A DNA stretch of 64,000 nt from the human T2T-CHM13v2.0 reference genome, Homo sapiens, in assembly GCF_009914755.1 (NCBI RefSeq), contig NC_060947.1; one strand, written 5' to 3'. Position numbers and translations under genes: made by a program. A model generated the notes under the pieces. It ran no database searches. It was not told the origin of the DNA and saw only the letters and a list, made by a program, of their open reading frames with translations. Within the stretch, counting starts at the first letter, position 1. Every line of letters starts with the position of its first letter. Below are positions 58,225 through 64,000 of the stretch, one piece after another.

Positions 58225-61200
58225 TCACTGCTGCTGCTGCTAGGGCTGGAGGAGGGAGGCACTGTAGTGGGCTACCGGACCCAGTGAGAGACACACTCGC
58301 CACCCGCTGATGCTTCCGCTGCTTGGGGCCTCCACGAACCTTCTACTTCAGTGTAGAATGGACCAAGGAAACTCAAACCCAGCAGCTATTCCACATGCAG
58401 CAGAAGATATTCAAGGAGATGCCAGATGGATGTCTCAGCACAACAGATTCGTTTTGGACTGTAAAGACAAAGAGACTCCATGGTGCAGTTAGATTCCCTT
58501 TCATTTCTAGTGTTTGGAGGAGAGGAGGGATTTAAACTGGTCCTGTACATAGAATGTTTGTTTGACAGAGGAGAAAAATTAGCCAAGGAAGATTGTTGTT
58601 TAAATTCATTTGAAACCAGAAGCTGACCTTTTAGTTGTCTGTCTAACACATGCATTGAATTATTACTGTTTTCCGAGGACAACATCAAGCCTAAATACTG
58701 AACAATATAAAGATTATTTTCCTGGCCCTTCTTTCTGCGGATTATGTCATATATAATAGTTATCGGAATTACACCTACTTGGCTTTAAAACATGCTTTTT
58801 CTAATTCTTACGGTTGATAATTTAGCCTTTTGTTTTTATGTTTCTTTTTTCATATGTATCCTGAATATTTTCTTAACATGTAGCATCAGATTGAACATGC
58901 TTGTCATTCAAATATGGAAGATGCGATAGTTACAAATGAATTTGTCCTGCTTTCTTAATCTTTTCCATGCTTAGCAGTGAAAAACAGGTTTTGCCACAAT
59001 AGGGGGACTCTTTGGAGAGTATTATTTTTATGCTGCTGAATATCATGTCTATAATAGACCTGTGCATGTGCCCTTTCCTCCGTTTTTTCCCTCCTCCCCT
59101 CTTTTTTTTTTTTTTCGGTCCTTATTGACATTACAAGCTTTTAACACATTTTTGACCTAGGTTTTATAGCAGTACTATCAGGAGAGTAACTGGCAACAGT
59201 ACTGCTATAAAACTCATTCTTGTGTGGTTTTCTGTGCTTTAGAGTCTGTGTATTGCTATTCATATTCAGAGTTCTTGTTTGTTTTGTTTTTCTCTTAAAA
59301 CCTGTTACAGTTTCCTTTTTGGGGAAAAGAATCAGAACTCTGTTTCCCATTCCAAAGCACCTGACATTATTTCAAGTTTTATAATATCTTAAGGTGCATA
59401 TTTAATTTTTTTATTGGCTTCGTTTTTAAATTATCATCCAAAATTTTGGACCTTTTTCCATGGGGAAACAAGTGAAACTGCTCTTCAGCATAGACATTCT
59501 ACCTTTATCCCATCATTCCAGTCAAAAAAAAAAACTAAGTTTGTTTCACTTCTAAGGTGTCTCATTAATGTACTTCATCTGAAAGTTTATTTCAAGAGAG
59601 CTCTTTATAATCTTAATGTTTGCTTGAGCTATAAGAACTGCCATTTAAAAAATAATGGAATAATATATAGTTTATTCAGTATGCCTATGGAATATGTACA
59701 AACTGGGTCTACAGATATTTTGAACTGGACCAGGTAGGTATTAAAGTAACCCATCAGAATATGATCTGCAGTGATTTTGCTTAATGTTCAAATTCAGTAA
59801 AGTATTCTTTATGCTCTACCTGAAAGGCAAATTGCAGTGCTTTTGTGTGTTGGAGGAGAGGTTACTGATTTGTGCTAAGACCAACTTCTGATTGAGAGAG
59901 ACAGAACTTGGGCTCATTTTTTTTCTTGTGAAGTCTCTTTCTAGAATTTTTTTTTGGTTTTATTCTGTGTTTTATTAAAAACATACTTTTTTGCATGTAT
60001 CTTGTCTTTATTAACAACAGAAAATACACATGGTGTTTAGTAAACTTGTTTACTATATTACAATTTTTCTTTTTATTTTTAGAAGCCCAGGTTACTGACT
60101 TTTTAACAAGAGATATTTTCCTTAGCTGAGGTATCTGAATTAAGCCAGATTTTTGTGTGTCAAAGACAGTTTTCTTGCAGGAGTAAGATGGTATCACAGT
60201 ATATACTGCTGAGGTGATGGGTACACCAGGATGTCACAAATCACCACTAAAGAACTTACTCATGAAGCCAAATACCACCTGTACCCCAATAACTCATGGG
60301 AAAAATAAAAATACAAAAATACAAAAATACAAAAAAGTCAAAAAAAAAAAAAAGATTTATAGCCAGGTCTTTTTCTATTTGTCAGAAGGTGGGAGTACAG
60401 ACCAAATAAATACATTAGGTTACTCCTGCAGCATGCGCTTTTAGCTTCTCTCTTGACTGAGGATAGAATATCCTTTTGTGAGCTGGCCCTCAGCTCCTTT
60501 GCTCGTGTGTATAAACCTCAGATGTTACTACATTTTATATCTACCAGAGCCATTCAAGCAACAGTATTTGAACCACTAGCCTTTAAAAAAAATTCTACCA
60601 AGTTACTCTCATGTGCAGATGTCGAATTCACTTTCATTTTTTGCCAGATTTCTTTGCACTACTTTAAGCAAAAAATAGTTAAATCTATTTTTCCTTGATT
60701 GACATCCCAATTTGCTTCAGTGACAGAACTTACTGCTTGTTATTTTTACTTTTAAAAAATTATTTAAATTTAATGCACTGTCCAAGTGAAATGTCCTAGT
60801 TGTCATTGTGATTAAGGAGCCAACTTTCCAGGTAGCTAGCAGAGATACTATTCCTTTCCTCTCCCAGCAAGCTTTTATTCCTTCACCCACATTCCTGCTA
60901 CACTAGATGGCAGCCAGTGATGGAATTATAAAGATGTCTGTGGTTGTTTCTCGAATGTGGCAGGTTGAAGATGCACTGCCAAAGATGATCTAGGGTAGGT
61001 TGTCTTCCTGTCCATGTATTCTGGATTTCCATAGACAGTGATCTGCCTACCAACCTGGGTTTACTTGGACTATTGAGGGCATCTGCCTAAACCAGAATCT
61101 TTCACCAGAAACTTTAACCTAACAAAACAAATCTTGAGTAGCTCATGCCCTGCTCTTAGGAATTTTGTCTCATTGTTTAAAAAAAAATTCAATTTAGTTT

Positions 61201-61584
61201 CATTTTATTTTTTTAACCGAGGCACTGTTTACAGTTATTTGCTAAAGCCTGAAATATTGTCTGTGCTGTGGTGCATGAGCATTGTCAATTTTATTTTTAT
61301 TGCAGTGAAGAAGAAACTAAAAATTATGAATATGAGGAGCATGTCCAAGCTCCTAACTCCATGTGGGTAAATGTGGGAGAAGTGAGTTGGGGCCTCTTAC
61401 AAGGAGGCTTTTTGGAGTACATCCAGGCTTCTCCTTGGTGTTCATGTTTGAGGATCACTGCTGCTAGCTGCCTGGACCTCCCCAATGGATATTTGTGATT
61501 TTGCTTTGGCAAAGTTTCATTGACTAGTGTCTACTCATTCTGTTTTAGTGTATATTTCAATATAAATGTAAACATTTTGCTCTA
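58225..61584 (+). pseudogene. PAFAH1B2: Processed pseudogene (retrocopy) of PAFAH1B2 (PAF acetylhydrolase Ib alpha2 subunit): 5'UTR, CDS N-terminus, large deletion, long 3'UTR
   Basis: From ATG 58358: MDQGNSNPAAIPHAAEDIQGDARWMSQHNRFVLDCKDKE versus recalled PAFAH1B2 MSQGDSNPAAIPHAAEDIQGDDRWMSQHNRFVLDCKDKE; out-of-frame DSMVQL follows; intronless; 18-bp TSD AAAAATTGCCAGGTGTTG (58207-58224)/AAAAATTACCAGATGTTG (61585-61602). Confidence 0.93.
60200..60352 (+). mobile_element. Very short L1PB1-like 3' end inserted in the retrocopy 3'UTR
   Basis: CACAAATCACCACTAAAGAACTTACTCATG...CCACCTGTACCCCAATAAC plus A-rich tail; degenerate TSD starting AAGAT. Confidence 0.85.
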
Positions 61585-62962
61585 AAAAATTACCAGATGT
61601 TGATGAATTATTATGTGAATAAATATTGTAATTATTAATGCCCCTGTCATTGTATTAAAATATGAAGACATAGAAGTATTTTTTTTCAAAGTCAATGGCA
61701 CTGAAAAGTTAGTGTATAAAGAGAAAATAAATCAATAAGCTATGGAATATCTATTTCATTTCCAAGTATGGGGATGAAAGGTATAAGACAGTTACTTCAT
61801 AAGGATGTTTTACTCTAGCTGGGTATACAGTACTAAAATAGGCAACGTATTGTGTGAATTTTTGGAAAAGCAGAAGCAAATGTGTAAAAGCAAATTATGG
61901 CTGCTCTAGTTATTAAAGGGAATAAAGATATTGTTGAGGGTCTGAGACAACATAAAATGATTCACAGAGGAAGTAAGGCTTGAGCTGAGTCATGAGGACC
62001 TTTCAGTTACTTTCTCCGTACTTTTTTCAGGTATGTAGGACTCAGTCACTTTTAACTAGTTACTTGTTATAGCCGTTCCAGTCTTCTACTGTAACATTAT
62101 GTTGTATATAGCGCCCTTCTTAATGTAGGACTTTTCTGAAAAGCTGAGTATCTCCTCAGTTTTTGACTAGGAAAGCAGTGAACCAGCACTGATTTTCTCA
62201 GATTCTCCAGATTCTTTGATGTTTGTGTGTTGGGCTTGGGGTGAAGTAAAATGTTTGAATATTCTCTCTCCCTCTCTTTCTCTCTCTCATTATCCAGTCT
62301 CCTTCCCATCCAAAATATTTTATTCCAACCTTTTATTTCTCTATGGTTCATACATAACTTCTGTGATAATATGAAGCATACTGTGTGTTCCCTATCTTGT
62401 ATTCACTAAAAACTCTGAACACCATTGTGCTATGCAACTTCTAGTTGCATGTTTAGTGAAGGTATGCTACCAGCAAGTTTATATTTCCTCATACTATTAT
62501 TTAATCAGTTAGTGCAATTCCTCATTTTGGGGTACCTGGTATATGCCTAAATATTTATACTTTGCTATATGGAGGCATTTATTTTCCCTCAGAAAACCTG
62601 ACATTTTGTAAGATAATTCAGTGTAATGTTGAATATCATATTTGGTACATCACAGCAATTCTATTGAAAATTACGTTACCTGACACCCATACATACACAC
62701 AAACTACCAAATAGTTCCCAAATAATCGGCTTACTTCCAAAATTGCAACAGGCCAAACACAAAAGAAAAGTTATAGAATAATATTAAATTTTATTCTGCA
62801 CCATTTGCATATTTGGGAAAGTGTTAGTCAAACTGTAAATTTATGTAATTGCATCATTGAGCATATTCTCCAGTCTTGAGAAAACATTTTTGCATCTTTC
62901 TAAGAATTGTTTCTCACTAGTTCCTAAATAAAGACTTCATCCTCAAATAAATCATGAATATA

Positions 62963-63310
62963 GAGATGCTCCTCAACTTATGATGGTGTTACATCCCAAT
63001 AAACCCCTAGTAAGTTCAAAAATACCATAAGTCAAAAATGCATTTAATACACCTAACCTACTGAATATCACAGCTTACCCTAGCTTACCTTAAATGTGCT
63101 CATAATACTTAGATTAGCCTACAGCAGGTAAAGTCATCTAACAGTAATCCCATTTTATAATAAAGCGTTGAATATCTCATATACCACATACAACTAGCCA
63201 AGAAAAAGACTAAAATTCAAAATTTGAACTACATGAAATTGCAATGGCTTTGCACCATTGTAAAGTTAAAAAAATCATAAGTCAAATCACTGTAAGTTGG
63301 GGACCATCCA
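62963..63310 (+). mobile_element. MER47A-like (TcMar-Tigger) DNA transposon
   Basis: Terminal inverted repeats AGATGCTCCTCAACTTATGATGG / CACTGTAAGTTGGGGACCATC, flanked by TA. Confidence 0.85.
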
Positions 63311-63519
63311 TACCATTCAAATTCATTGATTTCAAAAGTAGCATATTTCTAGGACAGGTAGGTGATAAGCATTACAATTAGCATATATGAAAAAGTATTA
63401 AATATTCTTCTTTTATTAGATTATATGGAATGTATATGACATTAAGTGACCTTGTCAGTTCTATTTTTTAGTATTAAATAATTGTTAGCTAACAAAGTGA
63501 AAAATGCAAGGATCGGAGA

Positions 63520-63636
63520 GTAATATCAACATGTTAGTGGAAAAGGAGATCCTCAGCCTTTGCCCCCATACAGAAACCAGTTCGGCAAACGTTCATGGAA
63601 AAAAAATGTTTTTGTGAAAGCTCTGGACATAGGTAG
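63520..63636 (+). mobile_element. L1M 5'-end fragment
   Basis: GGAGATCCTCAGCC...CAGAAACCAG...TTTGTGAAAGCTCTGG resembles an L1M 5' start. Confidence 0.45.
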
Positions 63637-64000
63637 TGATATGGAGTTAAGAAGTAATAATTTAGGCATATAGTGAGGATACGAGAGTCCTCATTAAGGT
63701 TTTCCTTTTAATAAAAAGCAGCCCCCGAATCATTTTGTTTTCTAACGAAGAGTGGCCTGTAAAATTGAGCTGCAGACATAGACAAGCAAGCTGGAAGCTT
63801 GCATGGGTGAATGTCGGCAGTTATATGCCAATAGGAAGAGGCTCCCTGGGACTAGACCTGTTCAAAATGGTGGCTCCATGTTTCCTTCTCTTTGCCAGCC
63901 ATGTGTACAGTAAGGAGCAGACCACATAGTGCCGGTCAAGTTGAAAGTCCATTTGCATAATAAGATTATGGTGGGGTGGCCCCCTTTACTGGAGTGCTAT
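63637..64000 (+). mobile_element. LTR9-family (HUERS-P3) ERV1 LTR, runs off the window
   Basis: TGATATGGAGTTAAGAAG...TTTAGGCA...GAGCTGCAGACATAGACAAGCAAGCTGGAAGCTTGCA. Confidence 0.8.

Overview
Primate (human-like) genomic DNA, AT-rich and made almost entirely of interspersed repeats: many LINE-1 copies (L1PA, L1PB, L1MA/MB/MC), nine Alus, ERV1/ERVK solo LTRs (LTR7, MER11, LTR12-like, MER4-group, LTR9-like), MaLR elements (MST/THE1/MLT1) and DNA-transposon fossils (MER2, MER47, MER5). There is no intact protein-coding gene. The only host-gene-derived sequence is a TSD-flanked processed pseudogene of PAFAH1B2 (58225-61584) that has lost most of its CDS but keeps its 5' and 3' UTRs. I see no evidence of a new enzymatic or defence-type system. 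The most interesting structure is a nested retrotransposition record at 7.36-15.2 kb. It is an L1PB carrying an apparent ~0.85 kb 3' transduction, bounded by one TSD pair inside an older L1M. An AluS and a twin-primed, 5'-inverted L1PA later inserted at one shared site within the transduced DNA. Repeat subfamily names are from recalled consensus sequences and need RepeatMasker/Dfam confirmation. Boundaries of old elements are approximate.
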